From NCBI GenBank assembly GCA_965240325.2, contig OZ251239.1, positions 434,001 to 498,000 of the forward strand: a DNA stretch of 64,000 bases, in the 5' to 3' direction. How positions within the stretch are numbered: the stretch's first letter is position 1; every line of letters begins with the position of its first letter. A program made the position numbers and the translations under genes. Shown here piece by piece: positions 1 to 12,808 of the stretch. This DNA is from Rebecca billardiae RCC1528. Taxonomy: Eukaryota > Protista > Haptophyta. The notes beneath the pieces were generated by a model that saw only the letters and a list, made by a program, of their open reading frames with translations, was not told where the DNA came from and did not search any database.

Positions 1-1178
1 GGACGACATCCTTCGGCTCTACAACACAGTGCACATCCTCGTCGCGACGCCCGGAAGGCTGCTCGACCTGGCCAACAAGGGGGTGGCGCAGCTGCAGCAG
101 GTGGTGACCGTGGTGATGGACGAGGCGGACAAGCTCCTCTCGCCCGACTTCCAGATGCTCGTCGAGGGCATCTTTGACTACCTCCCGCCGCAGCGCCAAA
201 TCCTGTGCTACTCGGCCACGTTCCCGGTCAAGGTGAAGGACTTCAAAGACAAGTGGATGCGCAAGCCGTACGAGATCAACCTGATGGAGGAGCTCACGCT
301 CAAGGGTGCGCGCGCGCAACCGAGCGCGCGCGCGCCGAGCGAGCGCACGGGGCGCCGGAGCGGGCCGAGAGCGAGCGCGCGAGCGAGCGCGCGCCGTCGC
401 CGCGCGCGCGCCGCCGCCGCCCTCGGCCGAGCGCGCTCACACGCGCGACGCGCACGCGCCCCGCACCCGGCTGCCGCGCGCGCGCGCCGCGCGCGCGCAG
501 GCGTGACGCAGTACTACGCGTTCGTCGAGGAGCGGCAGAAGGTGCAGTGCCTCAACACGCTCTTCGCCAAGCTGCAGATCAACCAGTCGATCATCTTTTG
601 CAACTCGGTCAATCGCGTCGAGCTGCTCGCCAAGAAGATCACCGAGCTTGGATACTCGTGCTTCTACATCCACGCGAAGATGCTGCAGTCGCACCGCAAC
701 CGCGTGTTCCACGATTTCCGCAACGGCGCGTGCCGCAACCTCGTCTCCTCCGACCTCTTCACGCGCGGCATCGACATCCCTTCCGTCAACGTCGTGATCA
801 ACTTTGACTTCCCGCGATCGGCCGAGACCTACCTGCACCGCATCGGCCGCTCGGGGCGGTTCGGGCACCTCGGTGCGCGGCCGCGCGCGCGTGCGCGGCG
901 TGGCACACGGCGCGCGCGCGCAGTGCCGCGCGCTGCGCAGTCGCGCGCGGCGGCGGCGGCGGCCCCTGGGCGCACGTGTTGGGCTGGCGGTGCGCTCACG
1001 CGCGCGCTCCGCTGCGCCGCGCGCCCCTGCCTGCGCGCGCGCGCGCGCAGGCCTCGCGGTCAACCTCATCACCTTTGACGACCGCTTCAACCTCTATAAG
1101 ATCGAGAAGGACCTGGAAACGACGATCCAGCCCATCCCGCCCACCGTCAACCCGGAGCTGTACGCGTTCAGCGGCTAG
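1..1178 (+). CDS. DDX6: DEAD-box RNA helicase DDX6/Dhh1 (3' part; exons <1-305, 501-872, 1051-1178)
   Basis: Motifs [35 protein letters not shown]|[38 protein letters not shown]|LAVNLIT are typical of Dhh1/Me31B/DDX6. Removing two GT-AG introns gives a continuous frame. Confidence 0.96.
306..500 (+). other. Spliceosomal intron 1 of DDX6 (195 nt, in-frame, no stop)
   Basis: aagG|gtgcgc...gcgcag|GC. Interrupts the conserved LTLKG-VTQYY and is (GC)n-rich. Confidence 0.93.
873..1050 (+). other. Spliceosomal intron 2 of DDX6 (178 nt)
   Basis: ctcG|gtgcgc...gcgcag|GC. Joins GHLG to LAVNLIT and explains the frame change in the ORF track. Confidence 0.93.
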
Positions 1179-2366
1179 CGGGCGGCGGGCCGCGCGGCGG
1201 CCAGGCCGACGCGCGGCGCAGGCGGCGCCGGGCGCGAGCCGTGGGCGCGCCGGGCCGGGCGTCGGTGGGCGCGTCCCCGCGCACCCCTTGCGGGGCGTGC
1301 GGGGTGCGCCCGCCGCGCGCGCCCGGCTGCGCGCGCGCGCGCGCCCGCGGCCGGCTGCGCACACGCCCGCACGTGGAAGCCTCGCGTGCGCGGCGCGCGC
1401 ACAGCCGGCCGCGCGCTGCCTGCGCGCACGCGCGCGGCCCAGCCGCCGCCCGCCGCTGCTGCACACCAAACCTCCCATCCTCCTCCACGTCCACGCGTCC
1501 ACGCTGCACGCGCTCACGGCTCGCACCCGCTGCAAGTCGCGCGCGTGCGCGCGCGCGCGCACCGACTGCGGTGCGCGCGCGCGCGCGGCTGGTCAGGCTA
1601 GCCACGCGCCCTGGGCGCTCGCGCGCGCGCTCACTGGGCGCGCGCGAGCTCCCAGGCGTGCGGTATCGGCCCGGCCGTACGGCCTCTTCACGCGCCGCCG
1701 GCGGCGCAGCGCATGCGCGCGCACTCGTGCGCGCGCGCGCTCCGCGCCCGCCCGCGGCGGCCTACTATGGCCTCCATGCTGTCCGTCCTTTTCTTTTTCT
1801 TTTCTTTTCTTCTCTTCTCTTTTTGCTCGTCGTCTTCGTGCCTCGGCTGCTGCTCGCCGCCGCGCCTTCTCCCATCCGCATCGCACGCTTCGTCGCCGCT
1901 CGACCTCGCCCGAAGCTCCGCACGCCACCCGCGCTCACCCCACGACCAGAGCGCTTTCTGCTCGAGCGCGCCCGCGCGGCGCCGCCGGCGCCATCCGGTG
2001 CCGGCCCGCCCGCTCGCGCCCTCGACCGCTGCGGCACCCGCGCTCGGCGATGCCCGCACGCGCCGCGGCCGCCGGCGCGGCCGTGGCGGTGCGGGCCGCA
2101 GCCGCGGCCTTGCTCGGCGAGCCGCCTCGGCCTCGGCGCCTCGCCAGCTCGCTCCGCTGCGCCGCGCTGCGCGCACGGCGCACGGCGGCCCTGGCCACAA
2201 CGCTCGCGGCGTGGCGCTCGCCGCCCGCTCGCGCTGCTGCGCGAGCGCGCGGCTGCTGCCGCCGCTCGGTGCCCGCTGCCGCACCCGCCACGCGCCGCAC
2301 CCTCGCCGGCAGCTGCCGCACCCGCACACCCCCGTGCCCATCCATGCCAGTGTCCATCCTCCGCAC

Positions 2367-2437
2367 ACCCAGCACACTGCTGCACCCAGCACACTGCTGC
2401 TCTGCACACTGCTGCTCTGCACACTGCTGCTCTGCAC
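2367..2437. repeat. Short tandem repeat (~15-nt unit acactgctgctctgc, ~4 copies)
   Basis: Directly visible repeats of cacactgctgc(tctg). Confidence 0.8.
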
Positions 2438-5045
2438 AGCACAGCACGGCGTCGCGCCGCACGGCGCGCGCGCCGCTGCGCTCCGACCGACCGCTGCCCA
2501 GCACGCGGATCACACGGGCAGCAGCCGCAGCTGCGGACGTGCCCAGCCGCACCGCCGCGGACCACGCGCGTGCCTAGCGTGCGCGTGCGCGCGCGTGCGC
2601 ACGCCGCACCGAGTGGCCTCGCACGCGGCGCGCGGCGGGCGCTGTGTGCTGCCCGCGGCTTGTGCCACCTAGGTCTGGAGCAGCTCCGGAGCAGCCTCGC
2701 CCACGGGCGTGTGCCGCACGCACCGCCCAAGCCGCTTGGTTGGCGCGCCGCGGCGCGGGCGCGCTGCCGCCGCCCAGGGCGTCGCACCGCACCGCTCCGT
2801 GCGGCCGCCCTTGCCGGGGCCGCCGCCGGGGCGCCGGGTGACGATGCCGGCGGCGTGCCGCGTGCGCCCTGCCCTGCCCTGCACGCCGTGCCAACGGCGC
2901 TGCGCACGCGTGGCTTCGGCAGTTGAATCGCACCACTCGCGCGGCGGCGGCACGCGGCGGCGCGCGGCGCTCGCGACGGCGCGGCCACGGCGGGCCGCGC
3001 CGCGCCACGCGAGCGCGGGCCGGACGGCGCGTGTCCTTGCCGCCGCCTCCGACCCCTCTGCTCCGCCGCCGCCGCCGCCGCCGCCATCATCGCACGCTGC
3101 CGAGGCTGCGCTGCGTCGCCAGCCTCATCGCTGCTTATGGCGCGCCGCGGTGCGGTGGTGCCGCAGCGCGTGCCGCACCGCGGCCCGCGCCACGCCCGCC
3201 TCCTCCGAGCACCGCTGCCCAGCACCGCCCTCGCCGCCCTCGCCCACGTTGCCGGCGCTGTGCGCGCCGAGTGCGGCGCCAGCGCGCGCCGACCGCCGAC
3301 CGCGAGAGGCCTCGACGGGGGCGACGTCCCTCACACGCCGGCGGGCGCGCCCTGCGCCGGCTCTCTCGGCGCCAGGGCGCCGCGTCACGCCCGCACCGGC
3401 ACGCTCCGAGCGCGGCCGCGCATGGCCGCGCGCACCGTCGCCTGCGCTGCGGGCGGCGGCGTCCGCCACACGAGCGCGCTCGGCCGACGCGGCTGTGGCC
3501 GAGCGTTGCGTTGCGCGCCGTCCTCTCGCCGCGCTCACAACACGCGTGCGCGCGCGGCACGGCCGCTGCGAGCCGCCGAGCGCCGGCGCGGTGCGCTCGC
3601 GCGCGCGCAGCTGTCGCGCGCTGCTGGCGGGGCGGTCGCCGCTGCGGCTGCCTGTGGGCTCAGCCTGCCGCCTTCGCCCGCGCCCGCCCCGCTCGCCTTT
3701 GCCTCCGACCGGCGCGGCGGCGGGCGCGCCTCCCCGACGGGGTGCGTCTCCCGCGGCCGCTGCCGCCACACGTCGCCTCCGCCTTCGCCGCCTCCCTCCT
3801 ACCCACGCCCACCGCTCGAATCAAACGCCTCCGCCGTCGCCCTGCCTCCCGCCACGCCTCCGCGCCACTGCCGCCGCCCCGGCGCAGTGCGCGCCATCGC
3901 CGCCGCCGCTGCACAGCCGCCGCCGCCTGGCCGCCGCCGCTGCCCTCGGCAGCAGCCGAGGGCAGCCGAGTTGTCGGCTGCGGCCGGCGCGCCACCGCCT
4001 CACTCGCTCTCGCGCCGTGGGCGCCTGTGGGCGCTCTTGCGTGCACCGCCTGCGCAACCAAGCGCCCGCGGGCCTCCGCGCGCGCTCCCGCCGCCGCCGT
4101 GCCGCCCGCTGCCTCGACTCCGGTCGGCACCGCCGCCGCAACCACCTCCACCGCCACCACCTCCGCCATCGCCGCGCACGCACCGCGTGCGCGCGCCGGC
4201 CATGCGCGCACGTCGGCGAGCGCGCGCGCGCGCGCGCGCTCTGTGTGGCCAGCCGGATTCTGGCGCGGCCGCACAGCGCGCCGCGCGCGCGCCGCCACGC
4301 GCTACGTGCTGCCCGCCGCCGCCTCTCGCATCACGCCGCCACCGCACTCCGACAAGATTCCCGTCGTCGTCGTCATCGCACCGCCGGCGCTCGCGGCTGT
4401 CAAAAGCCGCGCCGCCGACGCCGCCGCCGCCGCCGACTACCGCCTCTCCTCCACGGCTCCCGCCGCGCGTGGCGCGCGGCGCACACCCTGCTGTGCGGCG
4501 CGCGCCACCCGCTCGCTCGCCCTTCCCCCCGACCTGCCCTTGCCTCGACCATCCCCTCGTCCTCCTCCTGCGCTACTCGAGTCGCGGAAGGACAAACAAC
4601 ACCACATCCGCCGCCCGTGCGCCCAGCCAGCCGTGGGCGCACCCGCCGCGCGGCGCGCCGCGGTCAGTCCGCCGCACCGGCGCGCCGCCCATTGGACCTG
4701 AGCGCTGCTCAGGCACAGCTGCTGTGCTGGCTGTGGCGGGCCGGCGGGCGTCCGGTCGCGGCTGGTGCCGGCCGTCCGCACGTCGGCGGTCGCGCGGGCT
4801 CGGCTCGGACCAAGCGGCGCACTCCGCGCTCAGGGTCCGACCTTGACGGGCGTACGCGGCCACGCCTGACGCCACATGCTGGGGCCATCTGCGGTCGTCT
4901 TGCAGTGAGCTGCTACGATCCACGGATGCTCAGTGCTCAGTGGCACTGGCAGACCGTTGACTCGGACGAAACGGCTGCTGCATGGCGCTACTGCTGGCTG
5001 CATCATCGCTGCCATCATGCGGCCCTGCGGCCATCCGGGCGCCGT

Positions 5046-6570
<1,525 letters not shown>

Positions 6571-6742
6571 TTCGGCAGCATTGCCCTAGCTAGACGCCGT
6601 CGACGGGCTCAGTCGACGGCGTCCAGCCGACGGCCGTCGGACTCGGAGCCCGGTCCGAATGGCTGACGACGCAGCCGCCGGGTCGTAGGCGGCCACCCGG
6701 TGTGACGACATATGCCGCAGTCACACTCCGGCCAGTCAGCGC

Positions 6743-7990
6743 TTATGCGCGGCGCGAGAGCAGCGCGAAGCCGGCGATACCAACGGCGGCGACCCCCGCC
6801 GCGGCGAGCGCCCACTGGCGCGCCGACTCGGCGCCGTCGGCCCTGCTGCCGCCGCCCGCGTTGAGCACAGACGCGTGGCGCGCGCGCTGCCGCTCCGGCT
6901 TGGGCATGCCTGGCACGAGTGGCTCGAGCGGCGCGTAGAACGAGCCGAGGTCGATCGAGCGGTAGACGACGGCGTCGTCGGAGCCGTCCCCGCCGACGAA
7001 GCCTCCGCCCTCCTTCGGGGCCGCCTCAAGCCACGGCACCTCGAGCGCTTCGTCGATGGTCATGCGCGCCGCCGGCTCGATGCGCAGCAGCCCGTCCATC
7101 AGCTCCTGCACGGCCGGCGAGAACGGGCACTCTCGCGAGTACATGGAGAAGACGAGCTGGCACGTGTTCCGCTTGCCCTGCGCCTGCTCGGCCTGCAGCT
7201 TGCGGAACCGCCAGTCGCGCGAGTCCGCCACGTCGATCGGGAAGAAGCCGGACAGCATCGTGAAGAGGCACACACCGGCGCTCCATGCGTCGGACGGCGG
7301 GCCGGCGTACCCGCGCGACTTGCGCACGAGCACCTCGGGCGCGACGTAGGACTGCGAGCCGACGACGTCGCGGAGGAGGGCGTTGGGGTTGATCGGCCGC
7401 CCCGACGCGTCGACGGCGAGCTCGGCCGCCAGCCCAAAGTCGGCGAGCTTCACCGTGCAGCCGTCCTCGGAGAGCAGCGCGTTCTCGAGCTTCACGTCGC
7501 GGTGGATCACGCCGCGGTTGTGCAGGTGGCGCAGCCCGGTGAGCAGGCCGCGCATGTACACGGCGGCGTTGGGCTCCGGGACGCGGCCGAAGTCGGTCAG
7601 CCGGTCGAACAGCTCGCCGCCGTCGCACAGCTCGAGGAACACGTACGCGGTCCCCGACGGACCGATCGGGCTGAGCCGCGTCACGTCCGCGTCGTCCGCG
7701 CGCGCGATGTGCACGTCCAGGCAGCGGAGCACGTTGACGTGCGGCTCCGAGTTGGCCTGGCGCATGATGCGCACCTCGCGCATCACCGTCCGCTCGTCCG
7801 TCTTGCCCACCGGCCGCAGCTGCATGATCTTCACGGCGACATCGACGCCGCGCCGCACGTCCCTCGCGACGCGGACCTCTGCAAAGCCGCCGCAGCCCTT
7901 GACCTCGGCCTTGGGGGGGATGAGGTACTCGCGCTCGCCGTCGACGACGATGCGCACCTCCTTCTCGAATGGCACTGCGAGGTGCATCAT
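6743..7990 (-). CDS. Ser/Thr protein kinase, CAMK group (SNF1/CIPK-like), with a C-terminal hydrophobic tail
   Basis: GCGGFAEV, VAVKIM, ELCDGGELFD, HRDVKLEN, DFG, YVAPE, DAWSAGVCLF, RMTIDEAL. Single 415-aa ORF. Confidence 0.93.
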   Translation of the reverse strand: MMHLAVPFEKEVRIVVDGEREYLIPPKAEVKGCGGFAEVRVARDVRRGVDVAVKIMQLRPVGKTDERTVMREVRIMRQANSEPHVNVLRCLDVHIARADDADVTRLSPIGPSGTAYVFLELCDGGELFDRLTDFGRVPEPNAAVYMRGLLTGLRHLHNRGVIHRDVKLENALLSEDGCTVKLADFGLAAELAVDASGRPINPNALLRDVVGSQSYVAPEVLVRKSRGYAGPPSDAWSAGVCLFTMLSGFFPIDVADSRDWRFRKLQAEQAQGKRNTCQLVFSMYSRECPFSPAVQELMDGLLRIEPAARMTIDEALEVPWLEAAPKEGGGFVGGDGSDDAVVYRSIDLGSFYAPLEPLVPGMPKPERQRARHASVLNAGGGSRADGAESARQWALAAAGVAAVGIAGFALLSRRA

Positions 7991-8355
7991 CGCACGCGGC
8001 GGGCTCGCGCGCGCGTCGCAGGCGTTTGTTGTTCACCAGCAGCGACGCCTTGGGACGTCTCGGCCTCTCGGGACTTGGCGGCCGCAAGCAGACAGGTCTT
8101 TGGCCAAAAATGGTCCGGAACTCCGGGTCCTGATCGTCGTCGGTGTATGGGGGTAGGCAGGCACCCGCTCGCTGGGTCGCAAATCGATGTTGATTGTTGG
8201 ATAGATCTCACAAACACGTCACAAAGAGCGCGTCTGTAACTAAAAGCTAAAAACCGGCCCGGGCGCTTGCTGGCGTTGCCGCAGCAGCAGGCGGCCTCGC
8301 TGGGCGTGAGCCCTCCTCAGCCGGGCTCGCGGCGCCGGCGCCGCGATCTGGCGCC

Positions 8356-10554
8356 ATGGCGACGAAGCCCACGCAGCCCAAGCCGTACTCGGAAGGGCTG
8401 TACGATGCCTACCGAACGGCCGCACGGGCGGGCTCCCTCGCCTACCACACCGCGGAGGGCGTCGTGCGCGTGACCGACCACGCGGTCAAGGTGACCGACC
8501 GCGCGATCCGCAAGAACTACGTGCAGGGCCTCACGGAGGAGCAGGTGGAGAAGATCCGCGCGCTGTACGAGAAGGGGGACGTGCGCAAGGACGGCACGCT
8601 CGACAAGGTCGAGCTCCGCGTCGCGCTGCACAAGCTCACCCACCACTGGCTGACGGCGAGGCAAATGAACGAAGTGTGGATGGAGGTCGACCGCGACCAG
8701 TCGGGCACGATCTCGTTCGACGAGTTCCTGCTGCACGTGGGGCCGATGCTGTACCCGCCCGCGACGTACACGATCATGCGCAAGGCCGCCGAGCGCGCCA
8801 CACAGGTGCGCGACGCCGCCTCCAAGCAGATCGAGGAGACGACCGCGGCGGCGATGGAGGCATCTCTCGACCTCGTCTGGCCGCAGATCGAGGAGGCGGT
8901 GTCGGTGGGGATCGTCGACCAGGACATGCCGCGGGTGATGCAGCTGTCGGTCACGAAGCTGCTCGAGTCGGTGATGCGCGACCTCAAGATCGAGGTGAAG
9001 GAGATCGCCTCCAAGACGCTGCGCGCGATCCCGCAGCCGCCTGTGATGCACAACTACATCAACCCGGTCTACAGGCTGCTGCGGCGCGCGCGCGGCTGGT
9101 TCTTGTACACGCTCTTCCCGTACGACCGCACGGTGTGGGTGCAGCTGCGCAACCCGGCGTTCGTCGTGCTCAAGACCCTCTCGCTCCTCCCCATCTTCGG
9201 CATCCAGCCCTCCTTCTTCATCCTGCAGTTCCTGCTGATGGAACATTGGGACGAGTACCAGTTGGTGCACTTCATCCTGCTCTTCAAGGGTGAGCGAGTG
9301 GGCACAGGGAGCGGCGCACACACCCGCAAGCAGCGCGCGAGCACGCACGCACCGAGCGCACGCGCGAGCACGCGCAAGCACGCACGTGCACGCGCGGGAC
9401 ACGGAGCGCGGGCGCGGCGCAGGGGCGTGGCGGCGAGCGGGGCGGCACGGCGGGGCGCGTGTCTGCGCGCGCTGCGCGATGCCACGCGCGGCGCTGCGCG
9501 CGGACGTGACGCCCACGCCCCCTTGCGCCGCGCGCAACGCGACGCACGCGCGCGCGCTCTCGCCCGTCCAGGCTCGCAGTTCTTCTCGATCGGGCTGCTG
9601 CAGCTCACCGTCGGCGCGGCGCTCTACTTTGCGTACGGCGGATCGACGTCCTTCTTCCCGTGGCCGCGCGCTGACGACTATCGCACGTACCTGTTCGCGT
9701 CGCAGATCTTCGTCGTGTGGGTGGCGTTCATCCTGCTGCCCTACTCGAAGGAGAAGGGGCGGAAGCACAAGGTGGTCGAGACGCGCACGCGCGAGGCGGG
9801 GCACGACGACACGCTGCCGATCGGCACGTGCTGCGGCTTTGACGTTTACGAGAAGCGAGGCGGCCGGCTGCGTGTGTTCCTCGTGTACGATACGATCGTC
9901 TTCTGCTTCTGCCTCGCGCTCACGCTCGCCGTCGCGTACGGCACGCGCGTCGGCCCCGTGGGCAGCCTCGCGTGGCGGCAGCGCATGGACGAGACCGTGT
10001 ACTGGACCAAGACGATCTACGGCCTGATGTCGTTTCCGTTCATGTTCTTCATGGTGCCGCTGCTCGGCTCCCTGTTCACGCACACGCTGCCGTCGGGGTA
10101 CACACCCTACGGCAAGTGCGTGCCCGTGCTCGACTCGCAGCTGATGGCGCGCAAGGCGGAGGAGCGGCGCACCGAGCGCGAGATGCGCCACGCCGAGCGC
10201 TACCTGCGCGGCTCGCCCGTCAAGAACGCCGCGGTGGCCGTCGGGATGGGCGGCGCCGCGCGCGCGGCGGGCGACGTGATGCCAGCGAATCTGGACTTTC
10301 AGAAGCAGCTCGCCAAGGAGGAGCGCGAGAAGGAGGACAAGGTGCGCAAGCTGCAGGAGCGCCGGGACAAGGAGAAGCGCGAGCAGGCGAGGAAAGCGGA
10401 GCAGCGGCGCAAGCTGCAGGAGACCAAGAACAAGGCGGAGGAGACGAAGCGTATGGCGCAGGAGAAGGCGGCGCAGCTCCAGCAGCAGGCGGCGAGCATG
10501 GCCGGCGGCAAGCCCGGCTCTGCGGAGAAGCCGGACCCGAGCGCCAAGGTCTGA
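8356..10554 (+). CDS. EF-hand pair + multi-pass membrane protein with C-terminal coiled coil (exons 8356-9289, 9572-10554)
   Basis: EF loops DVRKDGTLDKVEL and DRDQSGTISFDEF, several hydrophobic segments, and a K/E/Q-rich tail. The Arg/Ala-rich insert corresponds to an in-frame GT-AG intron. Confidence 0.85.
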   Translation: MATKPTQPKPYSEGLYDAYRTAARAGSLAYHTAEGVVRVTDHAVKVTDRAIRKNYVQGLTEEQVEKIRALYEKGDVRKDGTLDKVELRVALHKLTHHWLTARQMNEVWMEVDRDQSGTISFDEFLLHVGPMLYPPATYTIMRKAAERATQVRDAASKQIEETTAAAMEASLDLVWPQIEEAVSVGIVDQDMPRVMQLSVTKLLESVMRDLKIEVKEIASKTLRAIPQPPVMHNYINPVYRLLRRARGWFLYTLFPYDRTVWVQLRNPAFVVLKTLSLLPIFGIQPSFFILQFLLMEHWDEYQLVHFILLFKGERVGTGSGAHTRKQRASTHAPSARASTRKHARARAGHGARARRRGVAASGAARRGACLRALRDATRGAARGRDAHAPLRRAQRDARARALARPGSQFFSIGLLQLTVGAALYFAYGGSTSFFPWPRADDYRTYLFASQIFVVWVAFILLPYSKEKGRKHKVVETRTREAGHDDTLPIGTCCGFDVYEKRGGRLRVFLVYDTIVFCFCLALTLAVAYGTRVGPVGSLAWRQRMDETVYWTKTIYGLMSFPFMFFMVPLLGSLFTHTLPSGYTPYGKCVPVLDSQLMARKAEERRTEREMRHAERYLRGSPVKNAAVAVGMGGAARAAGDVMPANLDFQKQLAKEEREKEDKVRKLQERRDKEKREQARKAEQRRKLQETKNKAEETKRMAQEKAAQLQQQAASMAGGKPGSAEKPDPSAKV
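9290..9571 (+). other. Spliceosomal intron (282 nt, in-frame, no stop)
   Basis: aagG|gtgagc...gtccag|GC. Joins LLFKG to SQFFSIG. Confidence 0.88.
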
Positions 10555-11447
10555 CCCGCCGCCCTCGCGGGCAGCACTCGCCATCCGTGTGCGACGTGCG
10601 CGCGCAGCTGGCCCCAAAGCTCCCTCTCACATCGGCGGCGGCGCGGCCAGGAGCGCGCGGGCGCTCGGTCCCGCCCCCGCCTGCACGATCTGGTTGGTCC
10701 TACTACACTATGCATCATGCATCAGTCACCATAAGCATCGTCATGCACGTCCGACGACATCGTTACCCCGACGCCGGGCGGGCCGACGCGCACGGCCCTC
10801 GTCCGATCTGGGGCCGCTATTTAAAGGCGCCCGCACACTCGGCCGTACCGAGCAGGCCGCGGGGCCCGACAGCATTTATTATAATAATAAAAAGTGTTTA
10901 CATGGCCGGCGGTTAGCAGGGCGGAGCGCGTCAGCGTGGAGCCCGCAGTGCGGGCCCTCGGACCACGTTTCAAAAAGATCTTTGATCATCATCAAATAAA
11001 GAAAAAAGGGATGACGTGGCCGCGGCGATTTTCATTCAGGGCCACGGGTCGGTGGAGACCAGGGCTGGGAGTTCGTGATCACGACTCACGTGAGCGTGAT
11101 ATCAGTGAATAATTATCACGGCGTGATCACGTGACACGTGATCACGTGACGCGTCACGTCGGCAATGGGTCCGTCACGTGACAGCAGTCCGGTAGTCATG
11201 GTGTGCACCCGGACAGCCCCCGGGCCCGAGGCCGGGGCAGTGCGCGCCTGAGGCGCGGGCCGGCGGGGCGGCGGCGCCGACTCGCCGGGTCCTCGACGAG
11301 CCAAGGCGGGTTCGCGGCAGCAGTGAGTGAGTGCGCGCGAGCTGGCTGGCCAAGTTGATGGCTCGGCAGGCGAGCCTCATGCAGGTCTTCAAAGACGGGG
11401 CTGCTGACCGCGACTAGTGGTCGGAGTGCAGCTGTCTAGCGTCTTAA

Positions 11448-12800
11448 CCCCTATTGTGGAACGGACCCCTATTGTGGAACGGCGCCAGTTTTTCCTATGT
11501 AGAGCTCGGATGTCGCGGAGGCGATGAGATCGGCGGCTACCGCCGTGTGCGCCTGGCCAAGGCGCGTCCAACGAGCCCAAGAACGTCGCCATAGCCCCAC
11601 CCCAGCGCCGTCCGCTGCCGATCGTTTGCTGGAGTCAGAGCTGAGAATCTGGTGTGAAAAAATGGTTTTCGGCTCCTGTAGGCCGAAGCTTCGGCCGGGA
11701 GGGCGCGCACGGTATTTTTGGGAGCTCCCCGAGAGCAGCCCGGGCAGGGAATCAAGCCGGCTTGCCGCTGCCGCACTCGTGGATGGAGCGCGAGTGACAC
11801 GAATTGGGTCAGGTCAGCATGGCTGATTCCTGGGTTGGAGGGTCGAGGACGCCCCGCCGCGGCGGGGGGCGGTGCGGCGGCGCGAGCTGACTGGTGGCGA
11901 TGATGAACGCGTAGCCGAAGGTGCCGGACCGTCAGGCGACGCCCAACCCCGCAAAGCAGCTTCATCGCCTGCCGACCGCGCGAGAGCCGCGCCGCGCGAA
12001 GCGGCTGGGCGCGAGTGGACTACGACCCGCCGGATGCAGCCATCAGGGACTGTGTGTAGAGCGGGGAGCTGGCGTGAGGGCACAGCTGTCGCCGACTTCG
12101 GCTCATATGCCGTGACAACGGGCCACGCTCTGTCGGATGGTGAAGGACCCGACCAGCCCGTCGAGGCCGCTGGGGCTGAAGCCGCGGCTGAGCGGCTGTG
12201 ACGGTCGAGCAGATGCACACCAACTGGGTCGCGGAGATAGCGCTACTCGGCTTCGCGCCGACCACGCGGCAGGTCTGCATCGATGCGGCGCTCCTCTTCC
12301 TGCGTAGCGGCGCGCCCTTCTCGACGCTCTCCAGCATGCCCTGGAAGCGGTGGTGTCGGCGGCGGCTCCGGCGCCACGCGAAGGCGAGCGAGCGTCGATG
12401 ACGGACACGCTCGTCGACCGCATCACTCATCGTGGAGAGGGTTCGCGCGGGCAAGACGTGCCCCCCGGCGGCTGCGGGGTCGAGGGCGGGTGCCCACACC
12501 ACCAGCACGCCGGCGAGCGCCAGTGGGCCGACTGCGAACGCTCAGGAGCCAGCAGTGGCACCGTCCTGAGCGAGGAACCAAAATCGTTCCACAATAGGGG
12601 TCAGTCGACCCGTCGACGCACCCCGCGCGCGCGCGCGCGCGCGCGCGCGCGCGCGGGCTAGTTTCGAGCTCCGCACCTTCAGAGGTGTATGGTCCCTTCG
12701 GTAGGACCCATGGCCAGTACCTGACACCTTAAGATCGCTCGCCGAGCCGCACTACCTCGCCCTAGGGGCGGAAAACCCGAAAATCGTTCCACAATAGGGG
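11448..12800. mobile_element. Non-autonomous piggyBac-like element nested in the hAT
   Basis: TTAA at 11444-11447 and 12801-12804. Perfect 16-bp TIR cccctattgtggaacg. Internal copies of the TIR motif at 11466-11481 and (inverted) 12585-12600. Confidence 0.88.
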
Positions 12801-12808
12801 TTAAGATA

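Noticed and set aside
1180-4850. Many long overlapping Arg/Ala/Pro-rich ORFs (e.g. 2709-5048, 3137-4846)
   Set aside because: Open in several frames on both strands because extreme GC removes stop codons. No domain or coding bias recognised; a hidden spliced gene cannot be excluded.
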